Positions 1-13,332 of a stretch of DNA of 64,000 bases are shown piece by piece. Each line of letters begins with the position of its first letter. Position 1 is the stretch's first letter. The notes under the pieces are model-generated. The model ran no database searches, was not told the origin of the DNA, and saw nothing but the letters and a program-made list of their open reading frames with translations. Both the position numbers and the translations under genes were made by a program. Source of the stretch: Octopus sinensis (Eukaryota); NCBI RefSeq assembly GCF_006345805.1, contig NC_042998.1, positions 98,208,001 to 98,272,000 on the forward strand. The letters are read 5' to 3'.

Positions 1-1435
1 ATGAATATGTTAATTGCTGTTGCATTTTGTCACAGGAGAACAACTCCTTTATGACAAATATGTTTGAGTCATCAGTGCAAGGGACTCTGAGACAGTTGCT
101 TTTTAAAAAATTGTTGTGTTATCAGCCAGAGATACCCAGACCAATGAATTTAAGAGTTGAGGCTCTTGTTTATAACTTCAGTGAAAAAACCTGTTAGTTG
201 GTATCTGCCAACTGATAATAAATCATCATATGCACAGTGAAATTGTGTGTGCACGTGTTTGATTCAAATCATGCCAGCATGAAGCAAACATTAAATGTGG
301 TGAGTGTGTGTGTGTGTGTAGAAAGAGATAAAAAATAAGCCAGGTACAAACTGACAATTTGATTTTAAAATTTGACTAAAAAATTTTTTCCCCACTTAAT
401 CTCATGAACCTTTTACCTTACTCTCTTTTGGACATGTGGATCTTTGGTTTACCAAGATTTCCCCAAATGCCTTATCCAGAGATACTATGATAAGCAAACT
501 GACACCTTACATGCAATAAGTCCCAATTTTCATCATCTATTTATTGTACCTGATATTTATTGTATCTGATCAATGTAAAATACTGCTGATGGTATACAGC
601 TTCAAATGATGTATTTTGCTTCAGTACATTTCTATTGAGGATTAATTTAATCTTATTTGCAGATTAAATTAGCTCATTTTATGAAATTCACAAGAAAGTA
701 GCTTATCTGATTCACTCACCGATATTTATTCCATTGATGCAGCTGCTTTTGAAGCATCAAAGTGACTAAGATATAGATCATATCACAAAATTTGTTTACA
801 ATCAAATTTTATAAGAGGGGTTGGAAGAGTTTAAATTCTGAATCAGCTGTCTTACTATCTTTACCACTGATTAAACTCTAGTATGAGTTATCAATATCAT
901 GAAAATATTGCTACATGAAACTCCTTGTGGAATTTGATGAAAGCAATCAAGAAAGGATCTACTTCCCCACACATACCACCATTCCAGTAGAAACAAGTGT
1001 CTCAATGTACATATTCACTTTAGTTAATAATCAATGAAACAAGAACATGTCACAAATAAGTTATGTTCATTTTTTAAAATTTTATTTAAGTAGCTATACT
1101 TTAAAAATGTTCAAGTATCCATGTCTATCAATAATTTGTTTTAAGATCTCTCAAACATAACCCAACTGTAATCAATTACAAAGTTTTACAATATAATTTC
1201 ATTAAAACCAAAAAAATAATGTAAATTATTTAATCGTGTGTGCATGTGTGTACATATAATATATGCATGTGACTATGTATATACATATATGTGTGTATAT
1301 ATATACACACATATCTGTATATACATATATATGTGTATGTATGTATGTATGTCTATACACACACACCATTATACGAGTTTATAAGTACTGAGAGAATTCA
1401 ATTTACTTGAAATGAAAAGTGAAATATTTACTATA

Positions 1436-1667
1436 TCATCATCATCATCGTTTAATATCCGTTTTCTGTGCTAGCACGGGTTGGACAGTTCGACCAGGGT
1501 CTGGGAAGCCAGGAGGCTGCACCAGGCTCCAGTCTGATCTGGCAGTGTTTCTACAGCTGGATGCCCTTCCTAATGCCAACCACTCCATGAGTGTAGTGGG
1601 TGCTTTTTACATGCCACTGGCACAGGTGCCAGGGGAGTCTGGCAGCTTTTTACGTGCCACCGGCACG
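1436..1667 (-). mobile_element. RTE LINE/SINE 3'-tail copy
   Basis: (CAT)n cgtttaatatccgttttctgtgctagcacgggttggac...cagctggatgcccttcctaatgccaaccactcc. Further copies in the same orientation at about 19665-19950, 38381-38563, 50478-50950, 54095-54375, 56669-56960 and 59732-59880. Confidence 0.85.
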
Positions 1668-2548
1668 AATATAAGTGTTCATAAACAAGTCTTATATCTA
1701 TATGAATAATTGTGTTATACTCACTGTGTGTGTATGAGTGTATGAGAGAGAGAAATTTAACCATTTACAAACACACATTTACATTTTTCAATTTTTACTT
1801 TTTCAATAAATACTTATAACTGCTATACTTATACACACATATCTGTATATACAGAGAAAATGCTAACATGGAAGACCATGTTAGCAGTGAACTGATCATG
1901 TAACATAGTGGACTGGCAACCAACTTATAAACCACCTACTAAGAACTTCAAAACCAATCACAGTGGCAAAAAGTGACTTATCAAGAAACTCAACAGGAGT
2001 AATTTGCTGACCTAATATTGCGAAAAGGACATATGTCAACCAATCTTTTTACAACAGAAATTTTATATTCTATAAATTTGGGAAGCATTGTTTTTCAAAT
2101 CTTTTTTTTTTCCTTCATTTCCATTACCTTCTACTCTTTTAAAATACAGCAAAAAAAAAATAAATAAAATAAAATAAAATTGCAAGAAGCCTACCATCAG
2201 ACGGACTTCAAATAAGATATTGCAATCTCAGAGTTTATGTACAAAATTGGACAGTGGTAATGAAAGTTTTTTCAGTTCTGTTCTCTTCTCTTCTCATAAA
2301 TCAAAGTATTTCTCTACTGACTATTTGCTTTTGTTTATTTCAATTCATATTTTCCATATATTAAGGCCAGCAAGATGAAATTAAAGCTTTATTGCTCTAA
2401 ATATAATACTAAGCATTTAATAAGCTACTTGATATAATAAGCCACTAATAAGTTAATTTATATGGTGATCTTTAAACAGAGTTTATATTATGTTTCAACT
2501 TTTGCTTGTACTTACTAGTAATCAAAGTAATTTTGAGACAAAAATTCC

Positions 2549-3050
2549 ATAATAGAATTAGGAAAGACCCACCCCATTTTCTCACAGATTTATTTTTAAA
2601 AAATTTTTGCCGAAACCCCCATTTTTGGATAGAGGTTCTGGAAAATTGCCAAAAATCAGTATTGTTAAATTTCCCCACCCTTCCCCACCCCAAATTCTTC
2701 AATTTTAACTTTTTTCCTCAACACTAACCTTAACCCTAAAACCCTAACCATAACTACAGAAATGTTTTGAAATTATTGTCCAAATCATATTGTCTGTATT
2801 TTTCTGCATATTTAGAAAAAAAAATTCTTAAAGATTTTACAAAAATTTTCAGAGATTTTTTTCAGAATCATAATCTCTGTATTTTTCCACATATTTTGAA
2901 AAAAACAAAATTCTGGAAAGAGCGAAAATGAAAGAAATGGGGGTGGGGTGGTAATTTAAAAATGCTGATTTTTGCCAATTTTTTTGCAGATTTATATTCC
3001 CTGTGGCCAAAAGTGGGGTTGTGTAAAAAAAAAAATGGGTGGTTTTTTAG
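2549..3050. mobile_element. Degenerate foldback/MITE-like element with a telomere-like spacer
   Basis: 2641-2700 (aaaattgccaaaaatcagtattgttaaatttcccc...) is the imperfect reverse complement of about 2931-2994. The outer arms also match weakly. Central ctaaccttaaccctaaaaccctaacc at 2724-2749. Confidence 0.6.
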
Positions 3051-6000
3051 GTGAAGGGGACAGATGTCTTGCCCAGAATTATGTAAGAACATTTTAAGTT
3101 GTATTCAAAACATTTCTTGGCTACTTTACAAAACTAGTCTAAATATGCAACAGTTTTATAATTTTATTGAAACGCACAGGAATGTATTTAAGTAAAAATA
3201 TGATAATGAAAGAGGTAATCATTTAGTCATTAGTTTGTCAAATGGAAAAACTTCTACATTTCTTGTTTCCTGTGTTTCATGAGAAAGGTGCTCAATTGAT
3301 CAAATAGTAAAGAATATCAAAATAATACCTAACAAAAAGCTATTGTAGTAATTGCAAAGTGCATCTGGACATACTTCCTTGCCATTTCAGCATTTCCTAC
3401 AGATTAGAGGCATAAACATTACTTATGTTCTGACATCATACAAAACATGTTAAGCACTTTAAATTAATGAGATAATAGACAATGACTGTCGATAATTACT
3501 GTGTGGATTGGAAGGAGGAATAATCAACTAGTGTCTCGCTCCGGTTTGTGCTTTTTAATTTAAACAAATCTTTAAGAGGCATGAAGAACTTGCCGACAAT
3601 TTGAATCCAATCAAAAACACAGGTACTCTCTCGGTTTTACATTTTTCTTTTTCCTTTTTAGTCATAGGTTACTTGACTAATTTAGGTTGACTTCCTTCAA
3701 GAAGTTACAAAGCTACAAAGGTGTATAACTTCCTTCAACTATATTCATGATTTCAGTTCCTGTGGCAGTTAAGACAATGACTATAATCAACTAATTAATA
3801 AAATCTACCCACATCTAATTTAAACCTGCTATAATGAACATTGAACCATAATATGAATTTAGAGTAACATTCATTTCAAATTCTAAAATGCATAAAAAGT
3901 AACAAAAATTAGATTAAAATTTTAGACTATATGATTAAAGTAGAGTATACAATAAAAATAAACACAATGGAAAAGATTAAGATGACTGTTGGCTAATGAA
4001 CAAAAGTTGAAGCCAACATTTTATTTTTAGTCTAAAAGCAGTCTGGCACGAAAATATTTACCAGATATAACTAAATTTCACCTAATCAAGTGTGAGAGAA
4101 AGCACATTTTTAAAGTAACATTATTTGTTGATGATTTTTCTTTCACTGAATAAAAATGTTAGCTTGCTTCTTAGATATGCATATGTACATATAAATGTAT
4201 AAAACTAAATAAAACATATATAACACAAAGCACAGAGAGAAAAGTTTAAATTAAAATAAATCTTCATTAGTAGTAGAAGGAAAAACTCTAAAATAAATAT
4301 TTTTAAAAAGTGAAATAACAGCTGTAATAGCAAAATTTCTACATTTTTTCTCACTTTCAAAACAAGGTATAATTGCCTCCAAATTTTCACTTCAAGACAT
4401 GTTAAAAAGAAGGAAAATTAGAAAAAAAAGTCAAACATTCATAAATGAAGTGATGTTCAAAACTGGTGGTGTAAAAAAGAATTAATACAAACTTCCTGCA
4501 GAAGTCAACATATACTTGAATGTATGCATGGGGTGAGCATGTATTTGTATGAAGTAATATGAGGGAATATATGAACTATCCTAGGTTTTGCAGTCAATGC
4601 TTACTTATGTTTATCTCCACATGTTGATAGAAAATTCTGAAAAATGTATTAAAAAATACTTTAGTCAAATGTGGATAACTTCTCCAGAAATGTATATTAT
4701 TGACCCTTGTGTTGTAGCTATGTAACACTTAAATATCATTTCTAGGTTGGATTCAATACAGCTAACCTCTACTTCATACAGTATTGCCTGTGTTGCATAT
4801 TTTTGGGCTCTTGCACAAGCATATTTTTTCAGCTTTGGTGGTGGGTGGGTATGATAAATTTTTCATGTTTTTGGTGGTGTAGCTTATTTTTAGGTCAAGT
4901 CCATTATTTATATTTGTGACTGAAAAGGAAGAAACTATCTGTCTATTGGAGTTAAGTCAATAAGTTGATGCAGAAGTCAACCTATATGGGAATAAGAGAA
5001 GGAAAGTTTAAGCCAAGATTTCCTAATCACACATCCTATTTTAGGCACATAAAAAATTACACTACCAAATTGCTTGACTTCATATGGAAATGGAAAAGAA
5101 AAGGCTTTGCACTATATTAAGTGGAAGACTATGGATCCAAACCATACATAATTGGAAGCAAAAAATATGATCAGTGCACAGAAGAGAAAATGAAAATCCT
5201 CAAAAATCCTCATAACCATATATTAATTCATTTGATATTAAAATTGTATAAATTTGTAATTTTTTTTCTACTCATTTTTTATAATTGAATTAAAATTCAA
5301 AATCATCCAGAAATTTGATTTTTTAAAAAGAAATTCTAATAAAAACAGGTCATGAAAAATAAAAACCTAACATACTAGTGAAATCAAGAAAGCTTGTTGT
5401 AAAAATAGGTTTGTGTCAAGGAAATAATACTATATAATATATGTTCTAATCAATTAAACAGTAGTAGGTTTCCAGAATCAATATATAACAGGATTCAGAT
5501 TAAAAAAGTACATTAAATCAAAAGAGAAACCCAATGCATATTCTATTTAAAAATTACTATATAACATATTACACAATGCTGATCTTGATTTATTGCTCGA
5601 CTGCATTAATCAGAAGAGACTTTCTGCACATGTGCCTGAGTAAGCCTTTAGCTTCACTTTGGAAATAGAATTTAAATTGAATCAACAAATCATCTTAGAG
5701 GTATTTATACAACATTTCAAGAGAAAGAGAAAAAGGAGGCAGATTAATGTAAATTTGCATTTAAAATTAGCTTCTATATAAATAAAGACCATGTTTTATA
5801 TATATATATATATACATACACACATTACAAGCAAACAGAATTATCTCATCTACTTAGAGAGGGTTGGAGTAACAGGAAACACATCCAAAGGGTAAATTAC
5901 TTCAGAGGGAAGTAGATAAAAAAGAAAAAAAATGAAATTTTCAGTAAGTGCATTCTTGCATATATTGGCAAAATGTGGGTGGTGCTGAGAAATATTTGAA

Positions 6001-6665
6001 GATAGTAGTACCATAAGTGGAATCCATTTGGTGTAAAGTCAAATATGTTTCCATGAAGTTAAAAAAAAAGGGATTAATAACTAAAAATAGATTATTTAGT
6101 AGAGCTTGAGAAAATAATTAAAGTAACAGGTATACTGACAACAAACTTAAGGAAGCCACTACATGGTTGCTCAACTTGGTAGATATAGCAGCAAAATTCT
6201 TGTCAAATCATAATCTACTTTTTTAAATATTTTTAAGTACTGTTATTTTGCCTGGAATACTTTTGATGAAAGGTCTGTTCCTATGATTTGGGAATGAAAG
6301 TACAATAAACTTATGAATACAATCATGCAACCTGGCTCTATTGATGTAATCATATTAGAAACAATCATAAAATAGCATGTACATGTAATATGAATATAGC
6401 AAAACTTTCATATATTTAGATATCTAATTTTGCTTTCAATCATCTAAATTCTATTTTTATAAGTTAATCAAGGGCCTGTGCAGTTGTTCCTCTCCAATAC
6501 TAGTGAGATTGATGTAGCAGATGCTCAATTTCAATTTCTGCAGGAAAAATAAGGACTTAAAAACTTGACATCTGAGTTAAATGCAACAGAGTATAACTTT
6601 GCTAAGAACTGAGCAACATCAGACCTATCATTCAAATATGTAAATGAATTGAATGGACCAGTTAA

Positions 6666-6879
6666 CCCTTTAGCATTTAAACTGGCCATATTTAATCCAA
6701 ATATTCTACTTTTATGTTCAAACCAGTTAGATCCAACCTATCTCAACTACCCTACCTACATTCCATAAATAACAATCATATCATTGAAATCATAAAGCTA
6801 CAAGATAGTGCATGATTAATTCATAACAATATGAATAAATAAGCATTACATTTGACAGAGTAATCTGAATATTAAAGGG
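6666..6879. mobile_element. piggyBac-like MITE (family 1)
   Basis: TTAA|CCCTTTAG...taaAGGG|TTAA, with TTAA at 6662-6665 and 6880-6883. Confidence 0.75.
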
Positions 6880-7505
6880 TTAAGATTCATTTGGTTACTT
6901 GGATACCATAGACTATTGAAAGACAAACCTTCTGTGGTATACATGTAAGAGTTCAAGTGAACAAATGGCCAAGCAATAATCAGAAAAATTGGGGTCACAC
7001 ACATTTGCTTTCTTCATTTCTGGCTGAATAAGATTCTGACAGCACTACGAAGAATGGTAGTTACAAATTTTAAGTGGAATCATGTCAACTATGTCAGCTA
7101 AATAGCTAGTTTACATCCAACATCATGTTTGGATTACAACAAATTCAAAAATCTGATATGAAACAAAAAAGTTAAAGCAACAATGAGAACAAAAATGCTT
7201 TCTCTCAGAAAATATTTTGGCTTTTGGTTTCCACTGTCATGCTAACAATGGTAGTGATGAAATTTGGTTGTTCATCAAGCCATTAGTGTCAGTTTTTTTT
7301 CAAATGCAGACAAGTTAAAGAGTACTTCAATAAAATCATACTGTTTGAACCAAACACTTAATATCTTTGACAACATAGAAGTCAAAGAGTTTGTTTTCCC
7401 TCAATCCATTTTCAAATTACATAAGTTTTAGGGTTTTCTTTTTGCTTTGCCTTTTTTGTGGTTGTAGGCATGCTGGGGGCAATTATTTTAAGAAATTATT
7501 TCCCA

Positions 7506-7882
7506 CTAGCAGTATAACCCGGCCTTGCCCGGGATTAAGTTACGATTATTAAACTAATCAAGTTCTTTATTTCAAACCAAACTAAGTAATATTGACTCAA
7601 CAAAACATTTTTTTACTCAGCATAAAATAAAAACAAAACTCTTTCGCACCCAAAGTAATGTGTGTGAGAGAGAGAGAGAGAGAGGGGGGGAGAAAGATGA
7701 ACGATTTAAAATAGATAAATCATTGAAAATAAATATATTGTAATTGTTGTGTGAGAAAGTATATATACTATGATTATAAAATATAGTGTCTTTCAAAAAT
7801 ATCCTAAATTTGAACATTATATCTCGTGTTTAAGAAAAAAACAAAACATTTTACGTTTTATTTTTTATGAACGTCGTCACTT

Positions 7883-7916
<34 letters not shown>

Positions 7917-8205
7917 TTGTCTTTCCCGTGAAACTCTCTGCCTCCTTCTTCCACTTTTCTTTATCATATTTTTTTTTTGTTAGACGCCGTCAAAAAGTTA
8001 TGGCTGATATTTTTTATGGCTAAAAGCTATGGCTGAAAATAGAATTTTACTGCTATCCGCTGGTGGCTTGAGAAAAAAAATAAGTTGACAAAACCCAGAT
8101 AGGATGTTGACAAATGTCCTCCAAAAATTTGAGCGACATGCATGCTAATTTGTGGATGTGCATAAATTACAATCACATACGCACAGACATCATGCCTTTT
8201 ATAGA
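7506..8205 (-). mobile_element. Non-autonomous Helitron-like element
   Basis: 5' TCTATAAAAGGC at 8205; 3' hairpin CCCGG-GCAAGG-CCGGG then CTAG|T at 7509-7506. No coding capacity; internal (AG)n and (CT)n tracts. Confidence 0.7.
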
Positions 8206-8209
8206 TATA

Positions 8210-9056
8210 CTAGCAGAATTGCCCAGCGTTGCTCGGGGCTGAATTGCTTGAAAGTACTGTTAATGATTGCACTGAATTATGATGATTATTCAGGCAAATA
8301 TTGATATAAGCTTACGGTGGGAGATAAGGACTTAACGATCAAACGTGTGCCATTGCATTGTTTTGGGGGAACCAAATTTCTGATGAGCATTATAGGGGCA
8401 CCAACTTTAAGTTTGAGAAAGTGTGGTGGTAGTCCGGGGTGCTCAAAGGAATTGAGTACCTCTATTGGATAGTTGATGACGTCCTCTGGGTCAGGAGTTG
8501 TATCGATAGACTGATATACATAGACTTCCCCAGGAATGAGTTTTAGCATTTCATCATTAATATGGTGAACAGTTTTATTCCTTGGGGCCAGTATAGCCTT
8601 TTTGCCAATCCAATCCATATTCTGATAATTAGCTTGTAGATCTGGGAACACTGCATCTCTGAGATCAGAAGGCGTCTTAACAATGGTACAAATGGAATCG
8701 ATGGCAATATTACCATTTTCATCCCCTGGTATTTTGCCTTCGCCAAGTGCAAGGAGGGTGTGAGGAAATGCTGCTGATGTGATATTACGTCGCATATGAG
8801 CACGCATATTGGTGTGAAGTTTGAGAGTTACTTCCGTTTATTTTTTAAAATATGCATTGAAATGGAAAAAAATGATGGTAAATTATTTGTAAAATCATAG
8901 ACTCATCGTAGACGCGCGCTAATACCCAGAAGGGCTCGATATGAATCACGACTATAAGATACCCGGTTTTGGTTAAACTGCATCGCAAAATGTGGGAGTA
9001 GTTAGGAATCTAAATCGGAGTAGACAGACACACAACCTTTCTTTTATATATAAATA
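8210..9056 (-). mobile_element. Internally deleted Helitron carrying a helicase fragment
   Basis: On the minus strand the 3' end is an imperfect hairpin (CCCGAGCAACGCTGGG) followed by CTAG|T at 8213-8210. The 5' end reads ATATTTATATATAAAAG near 9056 (TC terminus apparently mutated). It encloses a PIF1-like ORF. Confidence 0.8.
8286..8840 (-). pseudogene. Helitron RepHel PIF1-family helicase fragment
   Basis: Frame reads TLKLHTNMRAH...AILAPRNKTVHHIND...YPIEVLNSFEHPGLPPHFLKLKVGAPIMLIRNLVPPKQCNGTRLIVKSL. These are typical PIF1/Helitron helicase motifs (L.L..NMR; LKVGAPIMLLRNL; CNGTRL). It is truncated at both ends. Confidence 0.88.
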
Positions 9057-9722
9057 TTTTCGTCCTAAAAAACTTTGTATGGATTACCTCTATGGAAATA
9101 TATACACGCACATTATACATACATGTGTGTATAGATGAATATATAAATACATTTAAATATCTATATACACTTTTGGGCGATCTTTCTGTTTCTTAGAGAT
9201 AACTTTAGATCTTATTTTCGTGCTAAAAAACTTTGTATGGAGTGAATGGTTACCTCTATGGAAATATATACACACACGTTATACATACATGTGTTCATAG
9301 ATGAATATATAAATACATTTATATATCTATATACACTTTTGGGCGATCTCTGTGCTACTTAGAGATAACTTTAGATCTTATTTTCGTCCTAAAAAACTTT
9401 GTGCAGAGTGAATGGTTACGTCTATGGAAATATATACACACACATTATACATACATCTGTGTATAGATGAATATATAAATACATCTAAATATCTATATAC
9501 ACTTTTGGGCAATCTTTCTGCTACTTGTATATACTTTAGATCTTATATTCGTCCTAAAAAACTTTGTATGGAGTGAAAGGTTACCTCTATGGAAATATAT
9601 ACACACACATTATACATACATCTGTGTATAGACGAATATATAAATACATTTAAATATCTATATACACTTTTGGGCGATCTTTCTGCTACTTGGATATAGG
9701 TCTTATATTCGTCCTAAAAAAA
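9057..9722. repeat. Tandem repeat of about 160 bp, four full copies plus a partial
   Basis: The motif cgtcctaaaaaactttg (or variant) recurs at 9061, 9219, 9385, 9550 and 9710, giving periods of 158, 166, 165 and 160 bp. Confidence 0.92.
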
Positions 9723-10164
9723 CTTTCCTGTCACACACTCACGCACACGCACACACGCACACACACACACGCACACACACACACACACTCACACACATGC
9801 ACGTTAGCTTACAATTTTATTTATATATTTGCATGTCTATGTGTGTCAAGAGGAAGTGGCAGACTGAAAGAGTCACTCACTACAAAAAGTGAATTACTTT
9901 CATTTTATTCGTTGCACACTGTCTGTGTGCGTGTGCGTGTGGTGTAGGCCACACTAAGAGAAGCATTTGACTTATACACCACAATGTGAGTTTTCTCTAG
10001 ATTTTGCTTAATTGGGGTTGAAATTTTAAAAACTGGACCTGGCACGACCCGACGCATTCTACTCTTAAAAATGCTAGGTAAATTGTAATTGAAGAAATCC
10101 TATATTGTAGATTTCTATAAGATACAAAGGGAGGCAGATAAAATCTGCCTTTTATAATAAGAGA
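9057..10164 (-). mobile_element. Third Helitron-like 5' portion carrying a satellite
   Basis: Minus strand begins A|TCTCTTATTATAAAAGGCAGAT-TTT-ATCTGCC (TC terminus plus subterminal hairpin). No 3' CTAG of its own before it meets the next element at about 9056. Confidence 0.55.
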
Positions 10165-10584
10165 TCAATTTCAACTTCCATGTCTCTAGACTGATTTCAT
10201 TTCAACTATTTGTTTAAATGTTAAATTTTCAAAGACATTAAAACCAGGCCACCTTATAGAAATTCTAGAAAAATTACTGTGGATGGAATGATGCAAACCT
10301 GACATTGTATCCTAAAATATTTCAAATTTCCACTTTTTTTTTGTTATTCTTCAAACAAGCAGGGATTTTGAATCATGGCAGAAACCATTTTATATTCATT
10401 TATCTCAATCCTTTGTGAAACAACAACAAAAATGTCTCCACTGCATTTTCTTTTCTCCTCGTGGTAACTATATCTGCTAAGACAATTAAAGCAAACCGAG
10501 TTATAGGCCTTGCCTAGGAACAATACAAGAGTTGTAGTAAGGTACTGTCTTATACTGAAGTTACACATACCATGATGCAATTAA

Positions 10585-10794
10585 CTCTTTAGCATTCAGA
10601 TTACTTGGTCATATTAAAAACTTTTTCATTCACATTGTTTTGAATTAATCATGCTTTATCGAGATTTTGATGATTTGATTGTTTATTTTTAAAATGACAT
10701 AGCAGAGTAGGTATGAAAGGCCAGATATGGACAGTTTAAATATAAAGCAGATAGAATATTTGGACCAGAAGTGGTTACCATCAGTGCTAAAAGA
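10585..10794. mobile_element. piggyBac-like MITE (family 1, opposite orientation, decayed)
   Basis: TTAA|ctctttagcattcagattac...gctaaaaga|TTAA; the interior is similar to the reverse complement of 6666-6879. Confidence 0.6.
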
Positions 10795-13332
10795 TTAAAT
10801 AATTTCTTGTCCTTATCAATACAACTATGCTGATATAAGAGATTTATATCCTATCAAAACTTTCAATAATTTTTTGCACCCTACACTTGAGTTTGAAATT
10901 AGCATACTGCAAGTCCTACATAAGTAATTTTTCTTTTAACTCTTAATACCAACCTACCTGAAACTGCTCTTGATTCCATGACACAAACTTCCTGCTTTAA
11001 AATAATCTTAATGAAATGATTTAAAAACTGTGCCAATATATATTTAAAACACAAACTTAATGATAGTTATTTTACAATATTCATTTGAAATTAATTGAAA
11101 TAAAAACAGTGCATTTCAAAAGAAATATAGTAAAAACATTTTATGTAATACAATATACGTCTCGCACTCTCCTTGAACTTACTTTCATAGTACATAGCCA
11201 TAGAAAGTCTTTCTTTTATGAGTGATGTTCTTGGGGCACCATACTAGACAATGTTTTCCAGTTTCAAGAAATTAATTTATTTTTAGTTTCCAAAATTACA
11301 TACTGACTATGTTTACAAAGTAAATATCTTTCAGCAGGGAGTCCATGATAGAGGTTGTTAGAAATGACAATTCAGTCCTGCTAACTAAAAAAATGACTCA
11401 TTTCTGTACTATATACATCCTTCCATCAATGGCAATAGCTGGCATTAACAGAAGGTCTTCAGATAAAGTAAAAACTATCTCAATAAAAACAATCCTTTAA
11501 GAGAAGACTTGCAACATGCTGAGGAAAACACTCAACCATTACTTGATTTTGTGTGTGTGTTTTGGAGAACAGACAGATTTTACATGTAAAAGAATGGTAA
11601 AAGTTAGTTCTTACTGCACAAACTAGTAGATTAATCAAGATCAAAACAGATTGCGACCAATGCTGCTTTTTTTTTTTTGGTCTCATGATTGGCTGATAAG
11701 AAAACAGATGGATTATTAATTCTACAACATTTAGCAAAGAAATTTCAATTTTATCCATGTATCAACAAGTTTTAGTTTGTTCTGATTTGGTTGTTCACAC
11801 TTTACTTTCTGCATATTATGATTAAGAAGTACTTGCTTTTATGTTTATATTTTTTTTATTCCCACTCACCCCCACTCATTCACTCCAACTTCATTTTTAC
11901 TAACACATCTTAGAAATGACTTTATGTAATCAGCTTTCTGTATAATGCCTGTGAAGTAGAATGTGGCTAATACCTAAAGTGATTTTTTTTTAGTTGTTTT
12001 GTTTTGTTTTTAAGTGTGAAAAGCAATAAAAAATAGATAAAGCAATGAATTGAGAAAAACCTGCATATCTGGCTGAATGGGTTATTTAATAAGAGAGAGA
12101 AAGTATTAGAGAAGTTGCTTTCTGTAGTTGTCTTAATAACATCTAATCCAATCACAGTTATAATCTGGTTGTTAACAACTAATACCACATCTAATTTATA
12201 GCCCATTTTCAATGGACATTAGCAAAAGTATGTCTAGTAACCGTAAGAGCAAATATTATCAACAAGTAGGCCAGTGAGAAAAAAAGTGACAAATATGGGG
12301 TGTGGTGACCATGAGAGAGTCATAAAAAAAGAGGAGGTAATGGACAGACAGACAGACAGACAGGCAAAGAGGTGATGATAGGAAGAAAGAATGTAATAGA
12401 GAAGAATTCCAGAAATGAGAAAGTTACAGAGGGGAGGAACAGACAGATAAGGAAGGCAGAGAGAAAGAGAAATGAGAGGGTTACAGAAAAGTTACAAAAG
12501 GGAGAATTGTAGAATAAAATGGGATGAAGGAGAGAATTACAAGAGAAAGAAAGAATAACAGGAGAGAGAGAGAGAGAGTTACAGGAGGAAGTGGAGAAAA
12601 AGTTTCAGAGAAAAGAGTTAGAGAGAAGAGTTTTCTATAAAATAAAAGTTTCTATATATTAAAGTTAAAAGGTGTTACAGAGAATGAGGGCATCACAGAC
12701 AGGGAGAGCATTATAGAATAGGAAAATGCTATAGAGAAGGAAAAAAAAAGATATGGAGGAGACAGAAGAGTTAAAATTAAATATGCAGACACATATAATG
12801 TAAGAAATCTACTTTTGCACAAACTAATATTTAATCTCAGTTGCAAATAATGTTTATCATTTAAGAGATTGAATAATAGATAGTATGGTAGAGTAGCACA
12901 TTGAGTGTCTTTCAGTATTTAATTCTAAGTCAATATTCTGAATACTGAATATTTCAATATTCTGTGTTCAAATTCAGCCAATGTCGATTGTCTTTCATGT
13001 ATTTGGGATTGATAAAATAAGTATGAGGCATGACTTGGAAATCAATTCAATTGACTACAGTACTTCCTTACAAATCGATGGCTTTGTGGCAATAAGAAGA
13101 AGTCAATATTTACTATTTAAGAAGTAACAAACACTAGATACAGAACAAGATGCCTGGCCTGGCAAGCTACAACTGTGACACAACATCACTACCTGGCTAA
13201 AGCCATTTAAATTTCTTAACCCTGCTAATTGCCATGGTAAAGGCATAGGTATTGCAACACCACACTGTTCCTTACTTCACCTAAAAACAGTTTTATGCTT
13301 ATTCAAAGGAAAGCAGAAATAGGTACAGTTGT

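Noticed and set aside
1419-1709. Recurring ORFs containing LQLDALPNANHS or CHAVGLNPEP (also at 33072, 56644, 23221, 54584, 57217 and others)
   Set aside because: These are translations of RTE 3' UTR and SINE copies, not host genes.
2724-2754. Telomere or chromosome-fusion site
   Set aside because: Only about four degenerate units, one orientation, embedded in a foldback repeat.
12280-12770. Long purine-rich (GA) tract
   Set aside because: Low-complexity sequence with no defined unit or termini; common in such genomes.
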